A stretch of 64,000 nt of DNA from Dehalococcoidia bacterium (GTDB taxonomy: Bacteria; Chloroflexota; Dehalococcoidia; SHYB01), in NCBI GenBank assembly GCA_965219875.1, contig CBDCOW010000001.1, positions 604,062-668,061 on the forward strand, written 5' to 3'. A program made the translations under genes and the position numbers. The notes under the pieces are model-generated. The model was not told where the DNA came from and made no database searches. It saw only the letters and a list, made by a program, of their open reading frames with translations. This document shows positions 38,120 to 47,947 of this stretch, piece after piece. How positions within the stretch are numbered: the stretch's first letter is position 1; every line of letters begins with the position of its first letter.

Positions 38120-39790
38120 ATGACGCTGGACAAGAGCCTCGATCCGATTGGGTTCTCCATCATTTGGGGCCGTCTCGTCTCGATCGTAGACGAGGCCGCG
38201 CTCACCCTGGGGCGCACCGCATTCTCTCCGCTGATCACCGAATCGAACGATTTCGGCGTGGTGTTGCTCGATACCGACGGATACGCCGTGGCACAGAGCT
38301 CGTTCAGCATCCCGCCCTTCCTCGGGACGATTCCCGAGGCGGTCCGGAGCATCCTCAAGAAGTTCCCTCAGGAGACCTGGGTGGAAGGCGACGCCGCCCT
38401 GACCAACGACCCGTGGTACGCCGGAGGCCACCTGCTGGACATTACCCTCCTAACCCCCATCTTCTACGAGGGTCGGCTGGTGGCCTTCACCGGCAGCACC
38501 GCCCACTGGGCGGACATCGGCGGGACGGGCTTCAGCACCGATACCAATGACCTGTTCGAGGAGGGCCTGCTGATACCTCCCTCCAAGCTCTACCGGGGCG
38601 GCCACGTGGAGCAAGACTTGTTGGACCTGATCCTGCAGAACACCCGCGTGCCCGACAAGGTATTCGGGGACCTCAATGCCCAGATCGACGCCGGCACGGT
38701 CTGCGAACGTCGACTGGGCGACCTTCTGCGGGAGCACGACCTGTCCGACCTCGGCACGCTGGCCGCCTCTATTCACGATGTCGGAGAGCAGGCGATGCGG
38801 CGGCGCATCGCCGAGCTTCCCGACGGCCGGTATTGCCACGAGATCAACATAGATGGGCTCGGCTACGCGATCACGATCAGCGCGGCGATCGATGTCAAGG
38901 GCGACGAGATGGAGATCGACCTCGCCGGTACCACATCGCAGCTGCCGGGCGCGGTGAACTGCCCACCCGGGTACACCAAGGCGTTACTGTTCCACGCGCT
39001 CAAGTGCGTTCTCGACCCCACGACACCGAACAATGACGGCTGCCATCGGCCGATCACGGTGCACGCGCCGGTGGGGACCGTGGTCAATCCCCGGCCCCCG
39101 GCGGCGGTGAACGGAAGGCATCTCGTGGGACACATGATGTCGCGCGTCGTCTACGGCGCGCTGAAGCACGTATTCCCCGAGCACGTGATCGCCGACTGCG
39201 GCAGCATGCCGACGGTGGCCGCCAAGTTCAACAGCGTGGCAGCGAGCCAACACCCCTTCTCGTTCATCTTCATGGCGAATGGGGGCATGGGCGCTCGCGC
39301 CGCGAAGGACGGGCTCGCGTGTGCTCCCTTTCCGACAAACCCGAGCTGTGGCTCGGTGGAGATCATGGAGACAGACGTGCCGCTTCGAGTCCTCCGCAAG
39401 GAGATCTCGGCAGACTCGGGTGGCGCCGGGAGGTTCCGGGGCGGTCTGGGTCAGGAAGTGGAGATTGAGATCACGGGCACGGAACCTGTCGTCCTCTCGC
39501 TGTTCCTCGGCGGAGCGGTGTCGCCGCCGCACGGCTTCTTCGGAGGCGGCGATGGGACGTGCAACACCGCATCGCTCAACGGAGGCGGCCCACTGAACGC
39601 AGCCGAGCGGGTGCGGCTGCAACCCGGAGACAGGATCACCCTCAACTACGGCGGCGGCGGCGGCCAGGGGGCGCCGGAGGACCGTGACCCTGAGCTTGTG
39701 TGCGACGACCTCCGCAAAGGCTTCATTACAGCCCGCGCGGCGAAGGAAGTCTACGGGCTCGAGGCTTCCGGGGTGGCGGATGGCGCTTAG
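38120..39790 (+). CDS. hyuB: hydantoinase B/oxoprolinase family protein
   Basis: N-terminal DPIGFSIIWGRLVSIVDEAALTLGRTAFSPLITESNDFGVVL typical of HyuB; ATG 38120. Confidence 0.8.
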   Translation: MTLDKSLDPIGFSIIWGRLVSIVDEAALTLGRTAFSPLITESNDFGVVLLDTDGYAVAQSSFSIPPFLGTIPEAVRSILKKFPQETWVEGDAALTNDPWYAGGHLLDITLLTPIFYEGRLVAFTGSTAHWADIGGTGFSTDTNDLFEEGLLIPPSKLYRGGHVEQDLLDLILQNTRVPDKVFGDLNAQIDAGTVCERRLGDLLREHDLSDLGTLAASIHDVGEQAMRRRIAELPDGRYCHEINIDGLGYAITISAAIDVKGDEMEIDLAGTTSQLPGAVNCPPGYTKALLFHALKCVLDPTTPNNDGCHRPITVHAPVGTVVNPRPPAAVNGRHLVGHMMSRVVYGALKHVFPEHVIADCGSMPTVAAKFNSVAASQHPFSFIFMANGGMGARAAKDGLACAPFPTNPSCGSVEIMETDVPLRVLRKEISADSGGAGRFRGGLGQEVEIEITGTEPVVLSLFLGGAVSPPHGFFGGGDGTCNTASLNGGGPLNAAERVRLQPGDRITLNYGGGGGQGAPEDRDPELVCDDLRKGFITARAAKEVYGLEASGVADGA

Positions 39791-41882
39791 GGTCGGCGTC
39801 GATATTGGCGGCACCTTCACCGACTTTGTGCTCATCGACGACGTCTCCGGCGCCGTGCGCCAGAGCAAGGCCCTCACAACCTACCCGGATCCCAGCGAGG
39901 GCGTCACTGAAGGGCTGGGCAATCTGCTCGATAGCAACGGCACCGAGCCCCGGCGGCTCAAGGGCCTCGTCCATGGCACCACGCTGGTCGCCAATGCCAT
40001 GATCCAGCGGCGCGGCTCACGGACGGCGTTGCTGACGACCCAGGGCTACGGCGATGTGCTGGAGATCGGCCGGGAGCTCAAATACGACCTCTACGACCTC
40101 GACCAGGAGCGCCCGGAACCGCTTGTCCCCCGTTTCTGGAGGCGTCAGATAGATGAGCGCATCGGCGCTGACGGCTCAGTAGTGCGTCCCTTGGCGCTGG
40201 ACGGCCTGGCCTCCATCGCCCGCGAGTTGGAGGGGGATGAGATCGAGTCCGTCGCGGTGTCCATGATTCACGCCTACCTCAACCCCGACCACGAGCGCCG
40301 GGTGCGTGCTTGGCTCGAGGAGCACTACCCTGGTTGGACGGTGAGCATCTCCTCCGAGGTTGCTCCAGAGATTCGCGAGCTCGAACGGACGTCGACCACC
40401 GTGGCCAACGCCTACGTGCAGCCCTTGGTGGAGCAGTACCTGGAGAAGTTGGAGCGCGAGTTCCGTGGGGTCGGCTTCGCCGGATCGTTCCATCTCATGC
40501 TGTCGTCGGGCGGGGTCGGCTCTCCGGAAACCGCGCGGAGGCTGCCGATATGGCTCATCGAGTCCGGCGCCGCGGCGGGCGCCATGGCCGCGGGCTTCTA
40601 CGCGCGGACAGCGGAGATTCCGAGGGTGCTGTCGTTCGACATGGGCGGCACCACCGCGAAGATCTGCCTGGTCGACGACGGCGAGCCGATGCGCACGAAC
40701 GAGATCGAAAGCGCCCGCATCGCCCGATTCAAGAGGTTCAGCGGCATTCCCCTCAGGATGCCGGCGCTGGAACTGATCGAGATCGGGGCCGGTGGCGGCA
40801 GCATCGCCAACGTCGACCCGATGGGGCTCCTCCGCGTCGGCCCGCTCAGCGCGGGGGCGGACCCCGGCCCGGCATGCTACGGGCGGGGCGGCGACCGACC
40901 CACCGTTACGGACGCCGATCTTCTGCTCGGCTATCTCAACCCCGACCACTTTCTGGACGGAGCGATGACCCTCGATATGAGCGCGGCCGAACGGGCCATC
41001 GAAGAGCACGTTGCCGACCCGCTCGGACTCGACGTCACCGAGGCCGCGATCGGTATCAGCCAAGTCGTGAACGACAACATGGCCACGGCATCGCGCATGC
41101 ACGTCATCGAAAAGGGTCGTGACCCGCGTCTCTACACACTGGTCGTCTTCGGGGGCGCCGGACCGGTGCACGGGTACGAGATCGCTCGCATGCTGCACGC
41201 GCAACGGGTCGTGTACCTTTTGAACGCGGGGGTGGCCTCGGCCATGGGCCTCCTCATGGCTCCATTCTCGATGGACCTCGTGGGGACTCATTTCTCCGAG
41301 ATCGAGGCCTTGGACTGGGCGGAAGTCAAGGGACTGTACTCCCGGTTCGAGAGGGAGGCGACGGCGACCCTGGTCGAGGCCGGCGCCGACGTCGCGACCA
41401 TCCACATGCGGCGCACCGCCGACATGCGCTACGCGGGGCAGGCGCGCGAGGTCTCCGTCGAAATTCCTCAAGTCGACTTCGGCCCGGACATGACCGGCGC
41501 CCTGCGAGACGCATTCTTCAACGCGTACCGGAACCTCTACGGACGGCACCTGACCAACGTCGCGGTCGAGGCTGTGAACTGGCGCCTTCACGCGGTCGCA
41601 CCTCCGAGCCCGTTCAAACTGGAGCCGGCGTCCGCCGACGGGTCCCAGCGGGCCGGCCCCGCCGAATCGCGCCGCGCCTACTTTCAGGAATTGGGGGCCT
41701 TCGTGGACTGCCCCACCTACGACGCCGTGGACTTGACCCCCGACAGCGTCATCGCGGGCCCGGCGATCGTCGAGCAGCCCGGCTCCACCATCGTCATCGG
41801 CCCATCGGGCACGGGCCGGGTCGATCGATACCTGAACCTTGTTGTTGAGCTCAGCCACGCCGGAAGCACGCGGAAGGAGTAA
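39780..41882 (+). CDS. hyuA: hydantoinase A/oxoprolinase family protein
   Basis: N-terminal RVGVDIGGTFTDFVLID; start overlaps hyuB stop (ATGGCGCTTAG). Confidence 0.8.
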   Translation: MALRVGVDIGGTFTDFVLIDDVSGAVRQSKALTTYPDPSEGVTEGLGNLLDSNGTEPRRLKGLVHGTTLVANAMIQRRGSRTALLTTQGYGDVLEIGRELKYDLYDLDQERPEPLVPRFWRRQIDERIGADGSVVRPLALDGLASIARELEGDEIESVAVSMIHAYLNPDHERRVRAWLEEHYPGWTVSISSEVAPEIRELERTSTTVANAYVQPLVEQYLEKLEREFRGVGFAGSFHLMLSSGGVGSPETARRLPIWLIESGAAAGAMAAGFYARTAEIPRVLSFDMGGTTAKICLVDDGEPMRTNEIESARIARFKRFSGIPLRMPALELIEIGAGGGSIANVDPMGLLRVGPLSAGADPGPACYGRGGDRPTVTDADLLLGYLNPDHFLDGAMTLDMSAAERAIEEHVADPLGLDVTEAAIGISQVVNDNMATASRMHVIEKGRDPRLYTLVVFGGAGPVHGYEIARMLHAQRVVYLLNAGVASAMGLLMAPFSMDLVGTHFSEIEALDWAEVKGLYSRFEREATATLVEAGADVATIHMRRTADMRYAGQAREVSVEIPQVDFGPDMTGALRDAFFNAYRNLYGRHLTNVAVEAVNWRLHAVAPPSPFKLEPASADGSQRAGPAESRRAYFQELGAFVDCPTYDAVDLTPDSVIAGPAIVEQPGSTIVIGPSGTGRVDRYLNLVVELSHAGSTRKE

Positions 41883-41891
41883 GAGAGAGAG

Positions 41892-42290
41892 ATGGAAAAA
41901 GAGGTCATCTTCACCAAAGGCGCGGCCGTTCCGATCTTCAAGATCGCGCACGCGGTCCGTTGGGGCGACCTGGTCTTCACCTCGGGCCACGTCCCGCGAA
42001 ACCCCGAAGACGGCGTCTTCGTGGGCGGCGATATTCAGAACCAGACCCGGCGAGTGTTCAAGACCCTTGCCTCGGTGCTCGAAGCGAGCGATAGCAGCTT
42101 GGACAACGTCATCAAAGCGACGGTATACCTGCGTCACATCGAAGACCGTCTCGGGTTCAACGAGGTGTGGCACGAGCACTATTCCGACGCGGCGAACTGT
42201 CCGGCACGCACCACGATCAAAGCGGGGGACCTGGCGCCTGGGGTGGGGGACATCGAGATCGAGGTCATCGCCCACGTCAACCAGGCGTAG
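41892..42290 (+). CDS. RidA/YjgF family enamine/imine deaminase
   Basis: 132 aa with YjgF signature region. Confidence 0.8.
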   Translation: MEKEVIFTKGAAVPIFKIAHAVRWGDLVFTSGHVPRNPEDGVFVGGDIQNQTRRVFKTLASVLEASDSSLDNVIKATVYLRHIEDRLGFNEVWHEHYSDAANCPARTTIKAGDLAPGVGDIEIEVIAHVNQA

Positions 42291-42326
42291 GCGGTCCCAA
42301 TCAATCCTGGAACGAGGAGACGTCCC

Positions 42327-43124
42327 ATGGCCGGACAGAGCGCGCTATTCGACAAGCAGGTTGCCCTCGTGACCGGCGCCCACCGGGGGATCGGCAAGGC
42401 CATCGCCTTGCAACTCGCCGGCCAGGGCGCCAGGACCGTGGTGAACGACCTCGAGCCGGAGGGCATCAGCGGCGTTGCCGACGAGATCAACGGCGCGGGC
42501 GGCGACGCGCGCGCCGTGGCCGCGGACATCGCGACCGAGGACGGCGCGCGGCGTCTCGTCGACACCGCACTCTCGGCTTTCGGCGGGGTGGACATCCTGG
42601 TCAACAACGCCGGCGTCCTGACGCGCGGGCCGCTGCTGGACCTCCAGGACGCCGACTGGGAGGAGCAGTTCCGCGTCAACGTCAAGGGCCCCCTGCTCTG
42701 CTCCCAGGCCGCGTTCCCGATCATGGAGAAGGGCGGCCGCGGAGGGCGCATCGTCAACATCGCCTCGACCGCCGCACGGATTCCCAGGTATCACCTGGCC
42801 GCCTACTCGGCTTCCAAAGCGGCGCTGGTGCAGCTCACCAAGGTGATGGCTCTGGAGTTCGCCGGCGCGAGAGTCACCGTCAACGCCGTCTCCCCCGGTC
42901 CGACCGAAACGGAGATGGCCCTTGGCTCGTTCGGGGGCGGCGACTCCAGCAAGATGGACGAGGTAGTCAAGGGGAATCTCCAGGAGTATCGCTTGGGGAT
43001 TCCACTGGGACGCCTGCTGACACCGGATGAGATCGCGAGTGCGGTGGTCTTCCTGGCGTCGCCCGGGGCGTCGGGAATCACCGGCCAGGCCCTGTACGTG
43101 GACGGCGGCCAGGAGATGCTCTAG
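42327..43124 (+). CDS. SDR-family oxidoreductase
   Basis: VTGAHRGIG motif, YSASK. Confidence 0.8.
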   Translation: MAGQSALFDKQVALVTGAHRGIGKAIALQLAGQGARTVVNDLEPEGISGVADEINGAGGDARAVAADIATEDGARRLVDTALSAFGGVDILVNNAGVLTRGPLLDLQDADWEEQFRVNVKGPLLCSQAAFPIMEKGGRGGRIVNIASTAARIPRYHLAAYSASKAALVQLTKVMALEFAGARVTVNAVSPGPTETEMALGSFGGGDSSKMDEVVKGNLQEYRLGIPLGRLLTPDEIASAVVFLASPGASGITGQALYVDGGQEML

Positions 43125-43136
43125 CGGCCCGGCGCG

Positions 43137-44057
43137 ATGAACGCCCTCAAGGACAAGGTGGCGATCGTCACCGGCGCGGGACGGGGCATCGGCAGGGGCA
43201 TTGCCCTCTTCTTTGCCCGGGAAGGGGCTGCGGTTGTCGTCAACGATCTCGGCACGGCCGTCGACGGCCCCGGCTCGTCCATGGAGCCCGCGGACCGGGT
43301 TGTCGAAGAGATCGCCAACGCCGGCGGCCGCGCCGCCGCCAATCATGACACGGCGGCCACGATGACGGGCGCGGAGCGCATCGTCGACACGGCGGTCGCG
43401 GCCTTCGGCAAGCTCGACGTGGTCGTGACCTGCCACGGGATCCTGCGTGACCGCATGCTGTTCAACATGACTGAGGAGGAGTGGGACGCGGTCGTTGCGA
43501 CGCACCTGAAGGGGACCTTTGCGGTGTGCAAGTACGCCGCGACGGTGTTTCAGAGGCAGCGGTCGGGGAGGATCATCACCTTCAGCGCCGAATCGGGCCT
43601 CTTCGGCAACTCCGGACAGGCCAACCACGGCGCCGCGACTTCGGCCGTGGCCGGCTTTACAAAGGCGATCTCTCGTGAGCTGGAGTCTTTCGGCGGCACC
43701 GCCAACTGCGTCGCGCCGAGGGCCGCGACCCGGTTGAGCGCCACCGTCTCTCAGGCGCACCGAGCCGTCCGTTCCGAGCGAAGCATCGATCAGGCCGAGC
43801 AGCCTGCCGAATTGGCCCCCGAGGACATCGCTCCGTTCGTGGCCTATCTCGCCGGCGACTTGACCGCCAACGTGAACGGGCAGACCTTCCTCGTCCATGG
43901 CAAGACAATCTCCCTGGTCTCTCAACCAAGGATCGTCGAGACGCGGTACAAAGAGCACGGTTTCTGGAGCCTTAAGGAGCTGCGGAGCGTCTTGCCGGAG
44001 TTGCTGGACAAACGAACGGCAAACCCAGCTCCGGCGCAACGGAAGGCCGGCGCATGA
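43137..44057 (+). CDS. SDR-family oxidoreductase (C-terminally extended)
   Basis: VTGAGRGIGRG motif. Confidence 0.75.
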   Translation: MNALKDKVAIVTGAGRGIGRGIALFFAREGAAVVVNDLGTAVDGPGSSMEPADRVVEEIANAGGRAAANHDTAATMTGAERIVDTAVAAFGKLDVVVTCHGILRDRMLFNMTEEEWDAVVATHLKGTFAVCKYAATVFQRQRSGRIITFSAESGLFGNSGQANHGAATSAVAGFTKAISRELESFGGTANCVAPRAATRLSATVSQAHRAVRSERSIDQAEQPAELAPEDIAPFVAYLAGDLTANVNGQTFLVHGKTISLVSQPRIVETRYKEHGFWSLKELRSVLPELLDKRTANPAPAQRKAGA

Positions 44058-45034
44058 CCCGCGATACGACAAAGCTGCTGGAGGGGAAGGTCGGGATCGT
44101 CACCGGCGCCGGCCGGGGCATAGGGAGAAGCGTCGCCAAAGCGCTGGCGGAGCAGGGCGCCCGCGTCGTCGTCAACGACCTGGGCGGAGCGGTCCAGGGC
44201 ACCTCCGAGTCGAGCAGCGCCGCGGCGGATGAAGTCGTGGCGGAGATCGAAGCCGGCGGTGGCGTCGCCGTGGCCAACTACGAATCGGTGGCCACGATGG
44301 AGGGAGGCGAGAGCATCGTCAGGACCGCGGTCGACGCCTTCGGGCGAGTCGATATCCTGGTGACCCCGGCCGGCAACCTCGCCGAGAACACGCTGGTCGA
44401 CATGACTGAAGCGGAGTGGGATGCGGTGATCGCAGTCCACCTGAAGGGCACCTTCACCGTCGCCAAATTCGCCTCGAAGGTGATGCGCGAGCAGCGCTGG
44501 GGCCGCATCATCCCCATTACGTCCGTCGCCGGGCTCTGGGGAAACCGAGGGCAGGCAAACTACGCCGCCGCTAAGGATGGCGTCGCCGGGTTCGCCCGGT
44601 CGATCGCCCGCGACCTGGGATGGTACGGCATCACGGTGAACTGCATTTCCCCGGGAGCGGACACACGGATGATGTCCGCCGTCGCCAAGTCCCCCGAATC
44701 GCGCCACGGCTCGGAGATGGGGGACGGACTGGTACCCACACAGTTCCAGAGGCCGCCCGAGGCCATCGCCCCCGTCGTCGTGTGGCTCGCCTCCGACGAA
44801 GCCGCCAACGTGAATGGACAGATCGTCCACGTGGCCGGGGGGGTCCTGGGTCTCATGAGCCAGCCGGCCGTCGTCCGCGGCATGACCAAGCCGGACGCAC
44901 CCTGGAGCGTCGAGGACATCGCCGCGGTCTTTCCCACGACGCTAGGGGTCGACCTGTCCCCACAGATCCTGTGGGGGGGCTGGCGCCCGCCCATCGCGGC
45001 GCCTCCGGGCACCTGGGGAAAGGGCTGGTACTAG
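44054..45034 (+). CDS. SDR-family oxidoreductase (C-terminally extended), paralogue of preceding gene
   Basis: VTGAGRGIGRS motif, YAAAK; 4-nt overlap with upstream gene. Confidence 0.75.
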   Translation: MTRDTTKLLEGKVGIVTGAGRGIGRSVAKALAEQGARVVVNDLGGAVQGTSESSSAAADEVVAEIEAGGGVAVANYESVATMEGGESIVRTAVDAFGRVDILVTPAGNLAENTLVDMTEAEWDAVIAVHLKGTFTVAKFASKVMREQRWGRIIPITSVAGLWGNRGQANYAAAKDGVAGFARSIARDLGWYGITVNCISPGADTRMMSAVAKSPESRHGSEMGDGLVPTQFQRPPEAIAPVVVWLASDEAANVNGQIVHVAGGVLGLMSQPAVVRGMTKPDAPWSVEDIAAVFPTTLGVDLSPQILWGGWRPPIAAPPGTWGKGWY

Positions 45035-45038
45035 CGCC

Positions 45039-46031
45039 GTGCCGCGGACGGGGCTTTGCATCGGCAACTGGGCGCCCGTCGAGCTCGTCCAGGAGGCTGC
45101 GAGGCTAGCCGAGGCGCGGGGTTACGACACGCTCTGGATGACCGAGTCGTCCACGGGGATCGGCAAGGATGCCCCTTCCCAGCTCGCCGCCGCGGCGCTG
45201 GCAACGACAGACATTCGCCTCGGTACCGCCGTTCTCCCTATCTATACCCGGACTCCGACGCTCCTGGCCCAAGTGGCGACGAGCATGGACGAGATCTCGG
45301 AAGGCCGCTTCGTATTGGGCCTTGGGAGCAGCCACGGGCCGAACATGCTCGCCCACCATGGCGTCGCCCACGAGCGGCCCTTCCAGCGGATGCGCGAGTG
45401 CGTCGCCATCCTGCGCGATGCGTTGGGGACGGGGGAGGCGAGCTTCGAGGGGGAGATCTTCAGCATCCCCAGCCTCGAACTGCTGCGGCCAAGACCGGAG
45501 CGTCGCGTTCCAGTCTATCTCGCCGCACTGGCGCCAAAGATGACCAATTTCGCCGCCACGGCGGCGGACGGGGTGATCCTCAACATGACCACCCCCGAGC
45601 ACCTCGGCGAAGCCGTCCCACGGATGAGGGATGCGGCGGCCCAGGCGGGCCGGGACCCCGACGCCTTCGACGTTGCGTGCCTGGTGTTGGCGTCCGCCGA
45701 CGGCGCCCGCGCCGAGGAGGTCTGCAGCCTCCAGATCGCGTTCTACTTGCGCATGCCCTTCTACCAGAGCCATCTCAGGCGCGGCGGGTTCGCGCCCGAG
45801 GTCGACGGTATCCTCAAAGGACTCGAGCGCGGCGGTGTTGAAGAGGGCGCCAGAGCGGTGTCGGCCCGAATGCTCGACAGCCTGGCGCTGGCCGGCAGCC
45901 CCGGCCGCTGGGATGAGCGGCTCCAGCGCTACCGCGACGCGGGCGTCGACCTGCCCTGTCCGTTCTTCTTCCAGCAGGAAGGCGATCTGAGGACGCCGCT
46001 GCTCGAGGGAATCGCCGCTCTGGACGGCTAG
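45039..46031 (+). CDS. LLM-class flavin/F420-dependent oxidoreductase
   Basis: paralogue of 24459..25499 (collinear identity along whole length). Confidence 0.75.
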   Translation: MPRTGLCIGNWAPVELVQEAARLAEARGYDTLWMTESSTGIGKDAPSQLAAAALATTDIRLGTAVLPIYTRTPTLLAQVATSMDEISEGRFVLGLGSSHGPNMLAHHGVAHERPFQRMRECVAILRDALGTGEASFEGEIFSIPSLELLRPRPERRVPVYLAALAPKMTNFAATAADGVILNMTTPEHLGEAVPRMRDAAAQAGRDPDAFDVACLVLASADGARAEEVCSLQIAFYLRMPFYQSHLRRGGFAPEVDGILKGLERGGVEEGARAVSARMLDSLALAGSPGRWDERLQRYRDAGVDLPCPFFFQQEGDLRTPLLEGIAALDG

Positions 46032-47323
46032 CCGACGGCGCCGCGGCAGACCGCCTCCACCTCGGCGTCGTTCAGCATCACGGGGAACTTGTTGCCCAGG
46101 GCCTCGAGCTGCACGAGAAGGGCTTCATAGGCCTTTTGCACAGCGGCGCTGTCGCTCCGCAGGCCCATTTGCTTGAGCTTTGCCTCGACCGTCCTGGTGC
46201 TGAGCCCAAGGTTGGTCATGAGCAGGTTAGGACGCGCTCCAACCAGTTCAGGCTCGTAAGGCGTCTTGACGCCGAGGTCCTTGAAACTCTTCCCGTTCAC
46301 CATGCCGATATAGGTGTCCGGCAACCCCGATGCCGTCTGGAACGGTCCGGTGATCGCCTTGTATGGAGGGTTCACTATGCCGGTGATCCTCTCGATGGTA
46401 TGAGAGAGTTTCGGCAATTTGCGCAGGTCGACACCGGTGTGGATCCCGTACTGGAGCTCGAGCGACACGACGACCTCTTCGAGGCTGGCGAAGCCCATGT
46501 CGGCGAGGCCGTTCACGGACACCTCTGGGCAGGCCCCCGCGGAGGTCGCCGCCAACGCCTGCGCCGTGGCAGTGCCGAAACAGTCGTGAACGTGATAGAA
46601 GATCGGGATGTCCTTCTTGAGGCCGGCGCGGATCTGCGACACGAAGTACCGGGTGGCGTCGGGGGTCGCGATCCCTTTGGAGTCGGACATCAGCAGGCTC
46701 TCAGCACCCAGATCGATGTAGTGGTTCTGCCGCGCGATCGCTGTTGGGAAGTCCTCTGGACCGCCCACGTAGACGAACCCCACGCATACCGGAAGTCCCT
46801 TCTTCCTCGCGTAGTCGATGGCGTCGGGAAGCTCGTCCACCGGCTCCTCGGCAGCGCCGTTGCCCTTCGCCTGCGCCAAGACCTTCGGCAGGGAGGCGGA
46901 AAGACCGATGGAGTCCGCCCCATAGTCGGCCATCTTGTCGATGCGGGATTTGTACTCGCCGGGTGCCCACGTCCCGAAGTGGCCCCACGTCCGCACCTTG
47001 ATCTTCAACCCCAGCTTGGTGACGCCGCGGACCGCTTCCCAGACACGGGTCTCTTTCGGTGCGCCGGTGTACTGGTCCGTCAAGAACACCGTCTCCGGGA
47101 TGCCTATCTCGTCGAGCTGTCGGGCGATCTCCTGGTACTCTTCGACCGAGTACAGGCGTGTGCCTTCCAGATGGTCCATCTTGACAAGCGTGAAGTCCTG
47201 GATGAAGACAGGCTCCCGAAAGTTGTACTGGTCCCGCACCTCGGGGATGAAGTTATAGCGGCTCGTCTCGTAGAGCTCGCCTTCCCATGGCGTTCCGTTC
47301 GTGTCCATTAGGGCCCCCTCCAT
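46028..47323 (-). CDS. divergent DRE-TIM (HMGL-like) metallolyase, paralogue 3 of 3
   Basis: IFYHVHDCFGTATAQALAATSAGAC; collinear with the other two paralogues. Confidence 0.55.
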   Translation of the reverse strand: MEGALMDTNGTPWEGELYETSRYNFIPEVRDQYNFREPVFIQDFTLVKMDHLEGTRLYSVEEYQEIARQLDEIGIPETVFLTDQYTGAPKETRVWEAVRGVTKLGLKIKVRTWGHFGTWAPGEYKSRIDKMADYGADSIGLSASLPKVLAQAKGNGAAEEPVDELPDAIDYARKKGLPVCVGFVYVGGPEDFPTAIARQNHYIDLGAESLLMSDSKGIATPDATRYFVSQIRAGLKKDIPIFYHVHDCFGTATAQALAATSAGACPEVSVNGLADMGFASLEEVVVSLELQYGIHTGVDLRKLPKLSHTIERITGIVNPPYKAITGPFQTASGLPDTYIGMVNGKSFKDLGVKTPYEPELVGARPNLLMTNLGLSTRTVEAKLKQMGLRSDSAAVQKAYEALLVQLEALGNKFPVMLNDAEVEAVCRGAVG

Positions 47324-47378
47324 TCGATTGGGAGTCTTCGAGAACCTAGCGTTCCTTTGTCAAAGGGCCGGGTCCTTA

Positions 47379-47414
47379 GTATTGTCACGGGTGGTGTCCC
47401 TCACCCGACAATAC
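47379..47414. promoter_or_regulatory. imperfect palindrome GTATTGTCACGGGTG-N8-CACCCGACAATAC upstream of DRE-TIM paralogue 3 (candidate operator); second palindrome CCTTTGTCAAAGG at 47356-47368
   Basis: read directly; lies in the 5' region of the minus-strand gene starting at 47323. Confidence 0.3.
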
Positions 47415-47480
47415 CAAGAACTCTGACGGTTTACGAGGCTCGGTGCACACCGGCTTAGTGGCGGACCCTGGGGGGACGGG

Positions 47481-47534
47481 CGCGCCCCCTCTCAGTCTGC
47501 CCCAGAACGCGCCCCCTCTCAGTCTGCCCCAGAA
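47481..47534 (+). repeat. perfect 27-bp tandem duplication CGCGCCCCCTCTCAGTCTGCCCCAGAA x2
   Basis: read directly. Confidence 0.7.
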
Positions 47535-47584
47535 AAGGAGAAGTTGGAAGAAAAAGTGTCCCCTATAGAAGGTTGCGCTACCGA

Positions 47585-47613
47585 TTGACCGGTTCGGGGG
47601 CGTGTGCTACGCT
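47585..47613 (+). promoter_or_regulatory. candidate promoter for tRNA-Lys/tRNA-Leu (TTGACC - 17 nt - TACGCT)
   Basis: consensus-like -35 and -10 with 17-bp spacer ~25 nt upstream of tRNA-Lys. Confidence 0.4.
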
Positions 47614-47636
47614 CCGCGCTCCATCGGGAGGGTCCG

Positions 47637-47712
<76 letters not shown>

Positions 47713-47746
47713 TCGCAGCAGGTTCGGACGCTGGCCCGGCCGCGAT

Positions 47747-47828
47747 GGGGAAGTGTCGGAATTGGCAGACGAGCATGATTTAGGATCATGTGCCGAAAGG
47801 CGTAGGAGTTCGAGTCTCCTCTTCCCCA
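47747..47828 (+). tRNA. tRNA-Leu (anticodon TAG), long variable arm, CCA not encoded
   Basis: acceptor GGGGAAG/CTTCCCC, anticodon loop TTTAGGA, long variable arm, T-loop TTCGAGT. Confidence 0.75.
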
Positions 47829-47947
47829 CTTCCAAAAAAATCCACACGCCGAGCACGTTACGCGCGAACATGGTATAAGGTAAGGTGGGTCGGGCGGGTC
47901 GCCGAATGCACCCGCCGGCAGATTAGGTCCAGGCGAGGAGGTCGGAA

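Noticed and set aside
40176-42275. 699-aa minus-strand ORF
   Set aside because: Antisense to hyuA and RidA. Composition is Arg/Gly/Asp/His-rich with no motifs. The plus-strand genes have clear family signatures.
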